Assembly: GCA_018920185.1 (NCBI GenBank)
Contig: JAHLMT010000001.1
Coordinates: forward strand, 78,702-142,701
Direction: 5' to 3'
Origin: Candidatus Aenigmatarchaeota archaeon
GTDB taxonomy: Archaea > Aenigmatarchaeota > Aenigmatarchaeia > CG10238-14 > SCSR01
Length of the DNA: 64,000 nt
Position 1 is the stretch's first letter, and each line of letters begins with the position of its first letter. Below the pieces are notes generated by a model. It ran no database searches, was not told the DNA's origin, and saw nothing but the letters and a program-made list of their open reading frames with translations. The position numbers and the translations under genes are program-made. Positions 9,716-19,283 of the stretch are shown here, one piece after another.

Positions 9716-10641
9716 AGATGAAAAAACTAACAATACGACAAATTTCATTTATTACAATAGGAATATCTGCCGTGTTGATAATTACAGGTATAATAACTTC
9801 TGACGCAGGTATAATAGGTAATTCAATAATTCTTTCGACCTTTATAATAGCTGCACCAATTTTATACATCCGTTACAAACGGCTTAGAGAATTTAAAGAG
9901 ATGGAAGAGAAATTTCCGAACTTTCTACGTGATTTAGTGGAGTCGATAAGAGCGGGCCTTCCTCTTCACAAAGCTATAATTGCTGCAAGTAAGATAAACT
10001 ACGGGACTCTTTCAAAAGAAGTAAACAAGATGGCAAATCAACTATCATGGAGAATGCCTATAGATAAAGTGTTGAGTCAATTCGCCCACCGAGTAAAGAA
10101 CAGTAAAAGAATGGCTTCTGGAATACAGGTAATTCTGCAATCTTACCTATCTGGTGGAGATGTGATTTCTACAATTGATTCTGTTGCTGATTCTCAACTG
10201 ACATTAATCGAAGTTGAAAAAGAAAAATCTTCTGCACTCAGTCAATATGTTGTTGTCATGTATGCCATATCTTTAATCTTCATAGGTATAGTAGTAGCTG
10301 TAAACAAGCTAATGATACCTATATTTGGCTTATCGCAGCAGGGAACTGAATTTGGTTTATTAAATCCTTGTGACACCTGTGTTGGATTAGAATGCTCTGT
10401 ATGTTCGTTATTCGAAACGACATCTGGTAACATATTCGGATTAGATCCAAAAAGTATAGGAGCATATTATACAGCTTTATTTTTCTTTATGAGTATCACA
10501 CAATCAATATTTTCTGGTTTAGTTGCAGGTCAAATCAGTGAGGGTTCTGCAATAGCTGGTGCAAGACACAGCCTGATTTTAGCTAGCATAACTTTCGGAA
10601 TATTCAGTATTTTAGTGAGGTTAGGTTTGCTTGGCTCGTAA
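9712..10641 (+). CDS. type II secretion system F-domain membrane protein (TadC/FlaJ C-half-like)
   Basis: T2SSF domain FLRDLVESIRAGLPLHKAIIAASKINYGTLSKEVNKMANQLSWRMPIDKVLSQFAHRVKNSKRMASGIQVILQSYLSGGDV, multiple TM segments, and an ATGA overlap with the upstream gene. Confidence 0.75.
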   Translation: MKMKKLTIRQISFITIGISAVLIITGIITSDAGIIGNSIILSTFIIAAPILYIRYKRLREFKEMEEKFPNFLRDLVESIRAGLPLHKAIIAASKINYGTLSKEVNKMANQLSWRMPIDKVLSQFAHRVKNSKRMASGIQVILQSYLSGGDVISTIDSVADSQLTLIEVEKEKSSALSQYVVVMYAISLIFIGIVVAVNKLMIPIFGLSQQGTEFGLLNPCDTCVGLECSVCSLFETTSGNIFGLDPKSIGAYYTALFFFMSITQSIFSGLVAGQISEGSAIAGARHSLILASITFGIFSILVRLGLLGS

Positions 10642-11143
10642 AGCTCAACTTGCATTTGATTTTTACGTTTCTTTACTCGTCTTTATAGGAATTTTAGGTT
10701 ACTTAACATTTCAACTTTTTCAAATAATTCCAGCAAGTTCTGGTAATTTAAAAGAAGAATCTTTGCGAATAGAAGCTTATCAAATATCAGAATTGCTAAT
10801 CAATGATGGTGGACATCCTATTGATTGGCACACGGTAGGTGATATATCTAATATAAAAAGAATTGGTCTGTCTGACTCAAACAAAAATATAACCAACTTT
10901 TTACTAAGAGGAAAGATAGATCGCTTCAAAACAATATGCAATAACAATTTTAATAATATTAAAAATCTGTTGGATATTAAAGACGAAATAAATGTTACTA
11001 TAATAGAACATGGGCCAAATGTCGATGTGAGCAGTTGCGCATCCAATCAAGCTAAAAAAGTAAGTTTTAGTGTAAGTCGGACAGTTCTAATTAGTGGAAC
11101 TTCCTATCCAACTGAAATTATTGTAGAGGTGTGGAAAAAATGA
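10631..11143 (+). CDS. pilin-like / minor pilin candidate
   Basis: An N-terminal hydrophobic segment MARKAQLAFDFYVSLLVFIGILGYLTF follows a basic residue. The ORF overlaps both neighbours within the pilus operon. Confidence 0.5.
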   Translation: MARKAQLAFDFYVSLLVFIGILGYLTFQLFQIIPASSGNLKEESLRIEAYQISELLINDGGHPIDWHTVGDISNIKRIGLSDSNKNITNFLLRGKIDRFKTICNNNFNNIKNLLDIKDEINVTIIEHGPNVDVSSCASNQAKKVSFSVSRTVLISGTSYPTEIIVEVWKK

Positions 11144-12492
11144 AAGGTCAAATATCAATTCTTGAAGCTATTTTTTCAGCTATAATCCTCTTTATCGCAT
11201 TTAACATGATGATAACTGTTGAGGAGTATCAGACCAAATGGAAAGAATCCTTAAACTTACTCCAAGGAAGGGACGCACTAATTACTGCAGATAGGTTAGG
11301 TAGACTTCACGATTTTGTATTTTCTGACTCATTTGCAAGAGAGTTTCTCAATAAATTAGATGCATTAAAAGATGTTGTAATAAAGAATGAAACTCGAGGA
11401 ACTCTTAAAAATAGACTTTATGTTGCATGCAACTGTACGGATGATAAAAGAGATTATCTACAAAACATTCTTAATGATGTGAAATTTAACACAAGAAAAA
11501 TATCTGCTGTAGTCTGTTCTACCAATTTGTTAACAATAAACAATTGCGGGTCGAATGCAAAATATCCCGATGTACTGGTTATTTGGAGATATGATCCTTT
11601 GGAAGGTGCTGTAAGAAATGCTCTGATAGATTTTGTGAAAGATGGGAATGGTTTAATTGAAATAGCAGATGTACCCAATTCAAGAGTTGACGGGCAAGGG
11701 GACGATGACCATGAGGGGCAGAAAATAATTTTCGGAATAAAATCCATCCAAGGTAATTACCCCAACAATCCAATTGAATTCTTAAAACCTAGAAATTCTT
11801 CGGTGTTACCATACCAATCTTACAAATGGTTTTATCATGTACCTTATTTGTTGCAAGGTACTAGCTCTGAAACAATACCGGTGGAGGATGGAATTGCATC
11901 TTGTTCAACCGAAGGTATGAAAGGTAAAGGTAATTTCAGATTTCGAAATACAGACTACACATTTTGGATATGTGGTACGACTTCTGTATACTGGGATACA
12001 AATGGAAATAATAAGGCGGATAAAGTTGTGACCCCGAGAAATAAATTCTCAATAGGTAATTCTAACTTTTTCTTAAACTATATAGACAGTCCAAGAGAAA
12101 TAAGGATTTCCTTCAAACCGGATTATCTATTCAACAATTTCATTGGTGGGAATAATGTAAACAAACTAGCTCCGATCGACAACGATAAAAACAAGGTTCT
12201 GCTCTCGATGGGTTTCTGGGATCAACAAAGAGAAAAGCCAATAGCAGCAATAATATTCAATGGAACGGGAAATGGAATCACAGCTTGGGTAGCGGATTTC
12301 GCCAGAGATGGATTGACAAATACAGGTGATGATCACAAACAACTTCTAGCCTCATTAATCTTATCAATGGCAAACAAAAGAACTAAAGAAACATTCCAAC
12401 AAATTGGTCAAACAACTTCTTACATAAATGTAAATAACACAGACATCCTAGAAATATATAAAATATATTTGAGCATCGGTAAACCTTTCTAA
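11131..12492 (+). CDS. large pilin-like protein (possible pilus tip or adhesin subunit)
   Basis: The N-terminus MEKMKGQISILEAIFSAIILFIAF (KG|Q.. with Glu near +5/+6) is prepilin-like. It is followed by about 420 aa of Asn/Gly-rich extracellular domain with no recognisable enzyme motifs. Confidence 0.55.
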   Translation: MEKMKGQISILEAIFSAIILFIAFNMMITVEEYQTKWKESLNLLQGRDALITADRLGRLHDFVFSDSFAREFLNKLDALKDVVIKNETRGTLKNRLYVACNCTDDKRDYLQNILNDVKFNTRKISAVVCSTNLLTINNCGSNAKYPDVLVIWRYDPLEGAVRNALIDFVKDGNGLIEIADVPNSRVDGQGDDDHEGQKIIFGIKSIQGNYPNNPIEFLKPRNSSVLPYQSYKWFYHVPYLLQGTSSETIPVEDGIASCSTEGMKGKGNFRFRNTDYTFWICGTTSVYWDTNGNNKADKVVTPRNKFSIGNSNFFLNYIDSPREIRISFKPDYLFNNFIGGNNVNKLAPIDNDKNKVLLSMGFWDQQREKPIAAIIFNGTGNGITAWVADFARDGLTNTGDDHKQLLASLILSMANKRTKETFQQIGQTTSYINVNNTDILEIYKIYLSIGKPF

Positions 12493-12493
12493 A

Positions 12494-14362
12494 CTATCTT
12501 AATCGTAACGCCTCCAAATCTTTTGGCGCGTCTGTTGGTATTCTGAAAATTCTATTGATTGCTCTGGCTAATTCTTGTGTCTTCTGTGGTTCACCATGCA
12601 CACAAATTACTCTATCAGGTTTAGAACTCAGACGACCTACAAATCCTAATAATTGGTTACGATCAGAATGTCCAGATAATCCTTCAATAGTTTCTACCCG
12701 CATTTTTAATTCTATTGTTGTTACTTTCCCATTTTCTGTCGTTACAGGTATTTCTTTCCATCCTTTTTGAATTCTTCTTCCCATACTTCCCTCAGCTTGA
12801 TAACCAACAAATAGCAGAGTATTATTTGGATTTTCTGCCAGCTGGTGTAAATGTTGTATCACAGGTCCACCGGTTAGCATACCTGATGTAGATACAATAA
12901 CACATGGTTTGTCTTCCCACGCCTTTTCTCTTTCTTGTTGCGAAGCAATTCTTTTGAAAATAGAACTTAAGAAAGGATCATTACCTTGAAATATTTTCTT
13001 TTGCATGTTTCTGCTAAGATATTCCGGATATGCTGTGAATATTCCATTAGCATCCCATATCATACCGTCAAGATACACGGGATATTGGAATCCATGCTCG
13101 ACTAATATAGCCATAACTTCTTGTGCCCTCTCAACCGAAAAACTAGGAATTAGAACTATCCCATTTCTCTCCATAGTCCCATTAACAATATCGATTAAAT
13201 ATCTCTCCGTATCAGCTCTATTAGGCATAATATCTTGTACACCACCATATGTGGATTCTAAAATCAGTGTTTCCACTCTCTGAAAATCTGTAAAAGCAGG
13301 GTCCAATAAAGTTGTGCGTCCAAATTTTTGATCTAAGGCATAAACAATATTATGCATACCTTCACCAACATGAAGATGAATTAATGCACTCCCTAAAATA
13401 TGCCCAGCGTTCTGAAATGTTAGTCTCACATCAGGTGCAACATCCGAAACCTCCCCGTATTCCAAAGGTATAGCATGTTTAACAGCTTCTTTTATTCCAC
13501 GCACAGTATACAGAGGAGTTGTAGTACTTTTCTGCATAACATCAACATAATCAAACCACAGTAATGTCGCCAAATCTAAGGTAGGAGTTGTGATATAAAG
13601 TGGCCCATCATATCCATATTCATAAAGCATAGGCACAGCACCCACATGATCCAAATGTGCATGTGAAATAACAATTGCATCAAGTTCGTTGTAATCAAAC
13701 TCTTTTGTGTTAAATATGGGTAACAATTCAGAATTGGTTGCACCGGCCTTAACTCCACAATCAATTAGAACTTTTGACTTCGGTGTTTCCAATAATGCCG
13801 CACTTCTGCCAACTTCTCTCCAACCACCTAAACCGATTATTCTTACCCAATCTCTACTAGATTTTCTTTCACTAAATATCAGTTCACCAACTTTGTTCAA
13901 GAATTCTTTTCTAAACTTTACTTCTGCATGAATAACTTTTCGGATATTTTCGACTATATCCGATTTAATAGCAGGTACTCTTTCAATTCTCGGCATCCAT
14001 AAAGTTTCAGCTCTAATAGTTCGGAATGTTTCCCCACCTCGACCAATTACTAATCCAGGTTTCTGCGCGGCGATTATTACAATGCTTCTCTCAGGCTCAA
14101 AGTAAATTTCTTTTATCTTGGCATCTTCCGGAACTATTTGTTTTATTTTTTCTTTTGTTATTTCCTCATCAAGAACAAGATTTTTTTCTGGTCGAACTTC
14201 TATCCTCTTCTTTATCTGTGATACAACTTGCTTTACTGTATCTTCATGATTTATGAAAAAATCTCGATCTTTAGTGTAAACAATAATTTCACTACCTTCT
14301 AATTCAACTCTACTAACAACTTCTTTTGGTAGTAAGGACTTTACCTTTTCAAGAATCTCCAT
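12494..14362 (-). CDS. fttA: aCPSF1 / transcription termination factor FttA (KH + metallo-beta-lactamase + beta-CASP RNase)
   Basis: N-terminal KH region (VIGRGGETFRTIRAETL), the MBL motif ISHAHLDHVGAVP, and beta-CASP C-terminal motifs. The length of 622 aa is typical. Confidence 0.9.
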   Translation of the reverse strand: MEILEKVKSLLPKEVVSRVELEGSEIIVYTKDRDFFINHEDTVKQVVSQIKKRIEVRPEKNLVLDEEITKEKIKQIVPEDAKIKEIYFEPERSIVIIAAQKPGLVIGRGGETFRTIRAETLWMPRIERVPAIKSDIVENIRKVIHAEVKFRKEFLNKVGELIFSERKSSRDWVRIIGLGGWREVGRSAALLETPKSKVLIDCGVKAGATNSELLPIFNTKEFDYNELDAIVISHAHLDHVGAVPMLYEYGYDGPLYITTPTLDLATLLWFDYVDVMQKSTTTPLYTVRGIKEAVKHAIPLEYGEVSDVAPDVRLTFQNAGHILGSALIHLHVGEGMHNIVYALDQKFGRTTLLDPAFTDFQRVETLILESTYGGVQDIMPNRADTERYLIDIVNGTMERNGIVLIPSFSVERAQEVMAILVEHGFQYPVYLDGMIWDANGIFTAYPEYLSRNMQKKIFQGNDPFLSSIFKRIASQQEREKAWEDKPCVIVSTSGMLTGGPVIQHLHQLAENPNNTLLFVGYQAEGSMGRRIQKGWKEIPVTTENGKVTTIELKMRVETIEGLSGHSDRNQLLGFVGRLSSKPDRVICVHGEPQKTQELARAINRIFRIPTDAPKDLEALRLR

Positions 14363-14387
14363 ACCGACACAGAAAAGTATAATTCAA

Positions 14388-15035
14388 TTATTTAGGTAAT
14401 TTATCCATTTCATGTCGAGTTATCTTTACACCATCTTTTGTTATTACTGCAACATCTATAGCTCTTCCACCAGAGCCGATATCACGCTCAATAGCTGACT
14501 TTATTGCACGTATAGCAAGCTTTGACGCTTCATCAACTGTCATACCCTCTTTATAAGCATCTTCCAAAACACCAAGAGCTATAGGTGAACCAGAGCCGGT
14601 AGAAAAAAATCTCTTTTCTTCTTCAACTGAACCAAGGGGATCAAGAGTGAATATCTTTGGACCTGTGCTGTCATAACCAGCAACTATCAGCTGAACATAA
14701 TAAGGATAAAACTTACTTCCTTGAAGAATGTTTGCTAATAGTGTAGCAGCACCTTTGATTGAGATTTTTCTTTGATTTTCAATTTCAAACAACTTCAATT
14801 CAGCTTTCATGTATCTCGCAAGGGATTCTGCATCACCGGATGCACCTGCAATGGTCATGGCTATATGGTCAGCTAATTGTAATATCTTCTCAGATTCTTT
14901 GCTTGCTACAAGATAACCTAAAGTAGATTTTGTTTCTGAAGCTAACACTACACCATCTTTACATATCATTCCGACTGTTGTCGTTCCCGTCTTTCTTACT
15001 CCAACAGACCTGCTCAATTCTTTCAAAGGCGTCAC
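14388..15035 (-). CDS. psmB: proteasome beta subunit
   Basis: A propeptide is followed by the catalytic Thr in TTTVGMICKDGVVLASETK, and the protein has a beta-subunit fold signature (GSGSPIALGVLE). Confidence 0.92.
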   Translation of the reverse strand: MTPLKELSRSVGVRKTGTTTVGMICKDGVVLASETKSTLGYLVASKESEKILQLADHIAMTIAGASGDAESLARYMKAELKLFEIENQRKISIKGAATLLANILQGSKFYPYYVQLIVAGYDSTGPKIFTLDPLGSVEEEKRFFSTGSGSPIALGVLEDAYKEGMTVDEASKLAIRAIKSAIERDIGSGGRAIDVAVITKDGVKITRHEMDKLPK

Positions 15036-15077
15036 AAGAATCAGTTAATTTTTATTGTTTTATAGACTTTAAATAGA

Positions 15078-15102
15078 TTTTGGTTTTTGGTTTTTGGTTT
15101 TG
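15078..15102. repeat. (TTTTTGG)n microsatellite, about 3.5 units
   Basis: TTTTGGTTTTTGGTTTTTGGTTTTG lies in the proS-psmB intergenic region. Confidence 0.8.
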
Positions 15103-15115
15103 TATTCTATAAAAT

Positions 15116-16555
15116 TTAGTATGTGTTCCCAACATACACTATATATCTCGATTTATCATTGCACCACACACAACTTGAATTGGCTTTTTCTTTCACGCCA
15201 TAGGGAACCCCAATAATCTCTCCACCTTTACTTTCTGCTTTCAAATTATCAGCACAATCTTGCTTACCACACCACTCTGTTTTAACTAATCCGCCTTTTT
15301 CATTTAAAATCTTCCTCAAATCATCCATATTCTTAGCCTCACTTAACCTTTTTTGAAATTCTGATAATGCTTTCTTGTACATATCCGTTTGAATGGATTT
15401 CAGAATATTATCCAACTCTCTTGGTAATTTTTCAAAATGCGATAAAAATTCTTCTCTATCGTTTCTTCTAACCAATGTAACTGTTTTACTTTCAACTTCC
15501 TTCTTTCCTATTTCAATTCTTACCGGGATACCCAACATCTCGTAGTGATTAAACTTCCATCCAGGAGTTTTCTCTCTACTCAAGTCGAGCTTAATCCTGA
15601 ATTTTTTCCTCAATTTTCTGTAAACAGCTTTACAATATTTAATTATATTTTCATCATCCTCGCCAAAAATAGGGACAATAACAGCTTGTACAGATGCAAC
15701 ATTTGGAGGAAGAACTAATCCTTTATCATCACCATGAATAGCTACAACAGCAGCAACAAGTCTTTCAGATATACCATAACACCCTTGATACACATATTGT
15801 TGTGTACCATCTTCTTTTACAAACTTTATGTCAAATGCTTTCGAGAATCTTTGACCAAGATTGTTTATACTTCCCATCTCAAGTACTTTACCATCAGGAA
15901 ATATCGTATAAGCTTCAATTGCTTGAACAGCACCTGCAAATAAACCTGTCTTGACATCAATAAAAACAACAGGAATAGCACAAAATTCATAAACTTTCGA
16001 ATAAATTCTAATCATTTCTTTCATATGTTTGCTGACATCTTTCAATGTAGCATGTAAAGAATGGGCTTCATTCCACAATAACTCTCTATCTCTTATTAAT
16101 GGGCGCGTGTGTTTTGTTTCGTACCTCCAGACGGAGGTAGATTGGTATATCTTAGTTGGCAAATCCCTATGAGATCTTATCCACAATTTCAACATTTCAT
16201 ACATTGCAGTTTCACTTGTCGGTCTCAGAGCAACTTTTTCACCCATTTCATTTTGTCCAGCACGTGTTACCCAGAAAACTTCATCTTGGAATCCTCTTAT
16301 GTGAGCCTCTTCCTTTTTCAAAAGTGATTCAGGAATTAATGGTGGGAAGTAACATTTGGTATATCCGTTTGCATTTAACAAATCTTCAAGAAACCCTATA
16401 GCCTTTTCAAGTATAGCCAAACCATTTCCTTTATAAACTAGAAATCCTTGTAGAGGATATCTCTGATCGATTATGTCAGCCTTTTGGATAACCTCATGAT
16501 ACCATTCAGAGAAATTTTCTGACTTCTTTTTAGTAACGCCTTCTTCTTCAGCCAT
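15116..16555 (-). CDS. proS: prolyl-tRNA synthetase (archaeal/eukaryal type)
   Basis: The N-terminus FSEWYHEVIQKADIIDQRYPLQG, class II motifs, and a C-terminal Zn-binding ProRS-C domain (CVWC...). Confidence 0.92.
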   Translation of the reverse strand: MAEEEGVTKKKSENFSEWYHEVIQKADIIDQRYPLQGFLVYKGNGLAILEKAIGFLEDLLNANGYTKCYFPPLIPESLLKKEEAHIRGFQDEVFWVTRAGQNEMGEKVALRPTSETAMYEMLKLWIRSHRDLPTKIYQSTSVWRYETKHTRPLIRDRELLWNEAHSLHATLKDVSKHMKEMIRIYSKVYEFCAIPVVFIDVKTGLFAGAVQAIEAYTIFPDGKVLEMGSINNLGQRFSKAFDIKFVKEDGTQQYVYQGCYGISERLVAAVVAIHGDDKGLVLPPNVASVQAVIVPIFGEDDENIIKYCKAVYRKLRKKFRIKLDLSREKTPGWKFNHYEMLGIPVRIEIGKKEVESKTVTLVRRNDREEFLSHFEKLPRELDNILKSIQTDMYKKALSEFQKRLSEAKNMDDLRKILNEKGGLVKTEWCGKQDCADNLKAESKGGEIIGVPYGVKEKANSSCVWCNDKSRYIVYVGNTY

Positions 16556-16607
16556 AATAGTTCTTTAAACTTTTTATTTTTAATAAACATTTTATTATCG
16601 GATAATT

Positions 16608-17996
16608 GTGCAAGTAGCTGAAAAATGCGGTGTGGCTGGAGTTTATCTTTCCGTCGCTTCGATACCAGCTTCTAAAGTTCTTTATAATTTATTGTTAGCT
16701 TTATATCATCGGGGGCATGAAGGTGCTGGTATATCAGCTTGTGGGCCACCCGTTCGAACGTATAAAAGAGTGGGGAGAGTACGTGACATATTTGATGAAG
16801 GTCGTACATTAGAGAGATTAACTGGACATGTAGCTATTGGCCACACCAGATACGGTACTACAGGTCTGAATAAACCAAATGACTATCTTCATCCGATAAG
16901 ATCACCTCGTGGAAAATTCTACTTAGCCCATAACGGAACAATCGCACCATACGAATATCAAGAACTTTTGAAGAAGTTTCCAAATTGCAGATTTGATACA
17001 CAAGTTTTAACCGCATTATTAGAAAGTTCGCTTATTAAAACTGGTGGTGATTGGACTAAAGCTTTAGAACTTTCTTCTCAAGAATTAGATGGCTCTTACA
17101 CTTGTGTAGCTCTAGAAAAAGAAAGATTGGTTGCTTTTAGAGAACCACGTGGTTTTAAACCACTAAATGTGGGAGAATTACCAGAAGGTTATGCTATAGC
17201 TTCTGAGACTATAGCGTTACAATCTATAAACGCCAAAAATATTCGACCAGTTAGACCGGGAGAAGTTTTAATTATAGATAAAAATGGAATGAAAAGCGAG
17301 CAATTTGCCGAACCGAATCCGACGCCTTGTGCGTTCGAGTATGTATATTTTTCTGATGTGGCATCAGAATTCGACGGTATGGCATGTTACGATGTTAGAA
17401 CAAATATAGGCAGAATACTTGCTAGAAAATATCCTGTAGAAGCTGATGTGGTGATGGCAATCCCAGATTCTGGACGGGCTGGTGCAGACGGATATGCAAA
17501 AGAATCAGGCATACCTTACACAGAAGGTATAAGAATCAACCGTGAAGTAGGAAGAATATTTATTTTACCTTCTAGCCAGAGAGACGATGCAATGAGACGA
17601 AAATACTTACCCATCGAAAAAGCTGTAAAAGGGAAGAGAATTATTTTAGTCGACGATAGTATTGTCAGAGGTCAGACAACTCGAGTGTTAGTGAATATTT
17701 TGAGGGATGCTGGAGCTAAAGAGGTTCATGTAAGAAGTACATTTCCTGCAATTAGATATCCATGTTTACATGGTGGCGTGGCATTTGCCTCACATGAGGA
17801 GTTGGCGATAAATAAATTTGGAGGAGTGGAAGGTCTTCGAAAATATATTAATGCAGATTCCTTAGTATACCCGACAAAAGAAGATTTGTTAGAAGCAGGT
17901 GTTAATGGTTGTTTTGCATGTGTAGATGGGGTATATCCGCTTAAGCATGTACCTGAATTTTCAACGGTTAAAGCTCTTGGATATGTTGCTGGATAA
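16608..17996 (+). CDS. purF: amidophosphoribosyltransferase (glutamine PRPP amidotransferase)
   Basis: The Ntn Cys is in context (EKCGVAGVY), and the PRTase motif is RIILVDDSIVRGQTTR. The start codon is GTG. Confidence 0.88.
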   Translation: MQVAEKCGVAGVYLSVASIPASKVLYNLLLALYHRGHEGAGISACGPPVRTYKRVGRVRDIFDEGRTLERLTGHVAIGHTRYGTTGLNKPNDYLHPIRSPRGKFYLAHNGTIAPYEYQELLKKFPNCRFDTQVLTALLESSLIKTGGDWTKALELSSQELDGSYTCVALEKERLVAFREPRGFKPLNVGELPEGYAIASETIALQSINAKNIRPVRPGEVLIIDKNGMKSEQFAEPNPTPCAFEYVYFSDVASEFDGMACYDVRTNIGRILARKYPVEADVVMAIPDSGRAGADGYAKESGIPYTEGIRINREVGRIFILPSSQRDDAMRRKYLPIEKAVKGKRIILVDDSIVRGQTTRVLVNILRDAGAKEVHVRSTFPAIRYPCLHGGVAFASHEELAINKFGGVEGLRKYINADSLVYPTKEDLLEAGVNGCFACVDGVYPLKHVPEFSTVKALGYVAG

Positions 17997-18037
17997 TAAA
18001 CATTAATTTTTATAGGCTCTTATTTTAAACAGAGAAA

Positions 18038-19282
18038 ATGAAAATTTCAGTTCTATCAGATCTACACTTTGGATATGCTTACAATTCAGAATTAGAGAAC
18101 GATTGTTTCGATAATGCTGAAGAAGCAATAGAAAAATCTTTAGATTCAGATCTGATAATTCTCTGTGGTGACATATTCGATATTCGTGCACCAAAAACAC
18201 AAACATGGGGTAAAGCCCTGAAAATATTATCAAAGCCTTTGTTACATGATAACCCAGGAATAAAACTTGTTAATATCGATAAACAATTAAAAGAAATTTC
18301 ACAAAGAACTTTAAATCACATACCTGTTATTGCCATTCATGGCAATCACGAAAGACTTGTGAAAGGTGAAATTAATACTGTAGAAGCTTTAGAAAATGCC
18401 GGGTTGGTAATTCACTTACATTTAAACACAATAGTTTTTGAAAAAGATGGAGTGAAAGTTGCCATTCATGGTATGTCTTCTGTGCCAGAAAGATACGCAA
18501 AAGATGTTCTAGACAAATGGAATCCCAAACCAATAGAGGGATGTGTCAACATTCTGCTATTGCACCAAAGCATTGACCCTTATGTCTACTCTCCGTTAGA
18601 ACCACCGAGTCTGACTTTGTCAAACCTACCAAAAGGATTTGACATAATCATCGATGGCCACTTGCACGTTCATGGTATCGAGAAATTAAACGGAACCATT
18701 TTAATGATGCCTGGTAGTACAGTTATAACTCAATTCGAAAAAAATGAAGCTAACACAAGCAAAGTAATAGGAAAAATCACAATTGATAATGAAATAAAAA
18801 CAGAATTCACTCCATTAGAAACAAGTAGAAAATTCTATTACGAGGAGCTGTCCGTTGAAAAATCAGCATTAACACTAAGAGAACAGGTTGAAAGAAAATT
18901 AATCCAAATACTTTATTCTTCAGAACATAAGAAAAAACCAGTTGTGAGAATGAAATTAAAAGGTAGAGACATCAATATATTAGACAAAGATTTGAGAGAA
19001 ATTGAAAACAAATTATCAGATAAAGCAATTTTAATTTTGGTTAAAGAGCTTGAATCTCAAGAATTAACAGAAAAAAGAGAATTATTGAAAAATTTGAGAG
19101 AGCAAAAACTTTCGATTGAGGAACTTGGTTTGAATTTGCTGAAAAAGAATCTAGAAGAGTTTGGTATGGAAGAGGGGTTCGATTATGAGACGATGTTCCA
19201 TCTACTTAGTGAAGATCAAACAGAAAGCGCATTAAATATCTTACTCGGTCAACAAACAAATTTGCAAACATTCAAGCGATAA
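18038..19282 (+). CDS. mre11: Mre11 DNA double-strand break repair nuclease
   Basis: Phosphoesterase motifs SDLHFG, CGDIFD and IHGNHE. It ends 1 nt before rad50. Confidence 0.9.
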   Translation: MKISVLSDLHFGYAYNSELENDCFDNAEEAIEKSLDSDLIILCGDIFDIRAPKTQTWGKALKILSKPLLHDNPGIKLVNIDKQLKEISQRTLNHIPVIAIHGNHERLVKGEINTVEALENAGLVIHLHLNTIVFEKDGVKVAIHGMSSVPERYAKDVLDKWNPKPIEGCVNILLLHQSIDPYVYSPLEPPSLTLSNLPKGFDIIIDGHLHVHGIEKLNGTILMMPGSTVITQFEKNEANTSKVIGKITIDNEIKTEFTPLETSRKFYYEELSVEKSALTLREQVERKLIQILYSSEHKKKPVVRMKLKGRDINILDKDLREIENKLSDKAILILVKELESQELTEKRELLKNLREQKLSIEELGLNLLKKNLEEFGMEEGFDYETMFHLLSEDQTESALNILLGQQTNLQTFKR

Positions 19283-19283
19283 T

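Noticed and set aside
15734-16401. Plus-strand ORFs inside proS (15734-15943, 16109-16327, 16156-16401)
   Set aside because: They are antisense to ProRS, a conserved class II aaRS with Zn-binding C-terminus, and have no features of their own.
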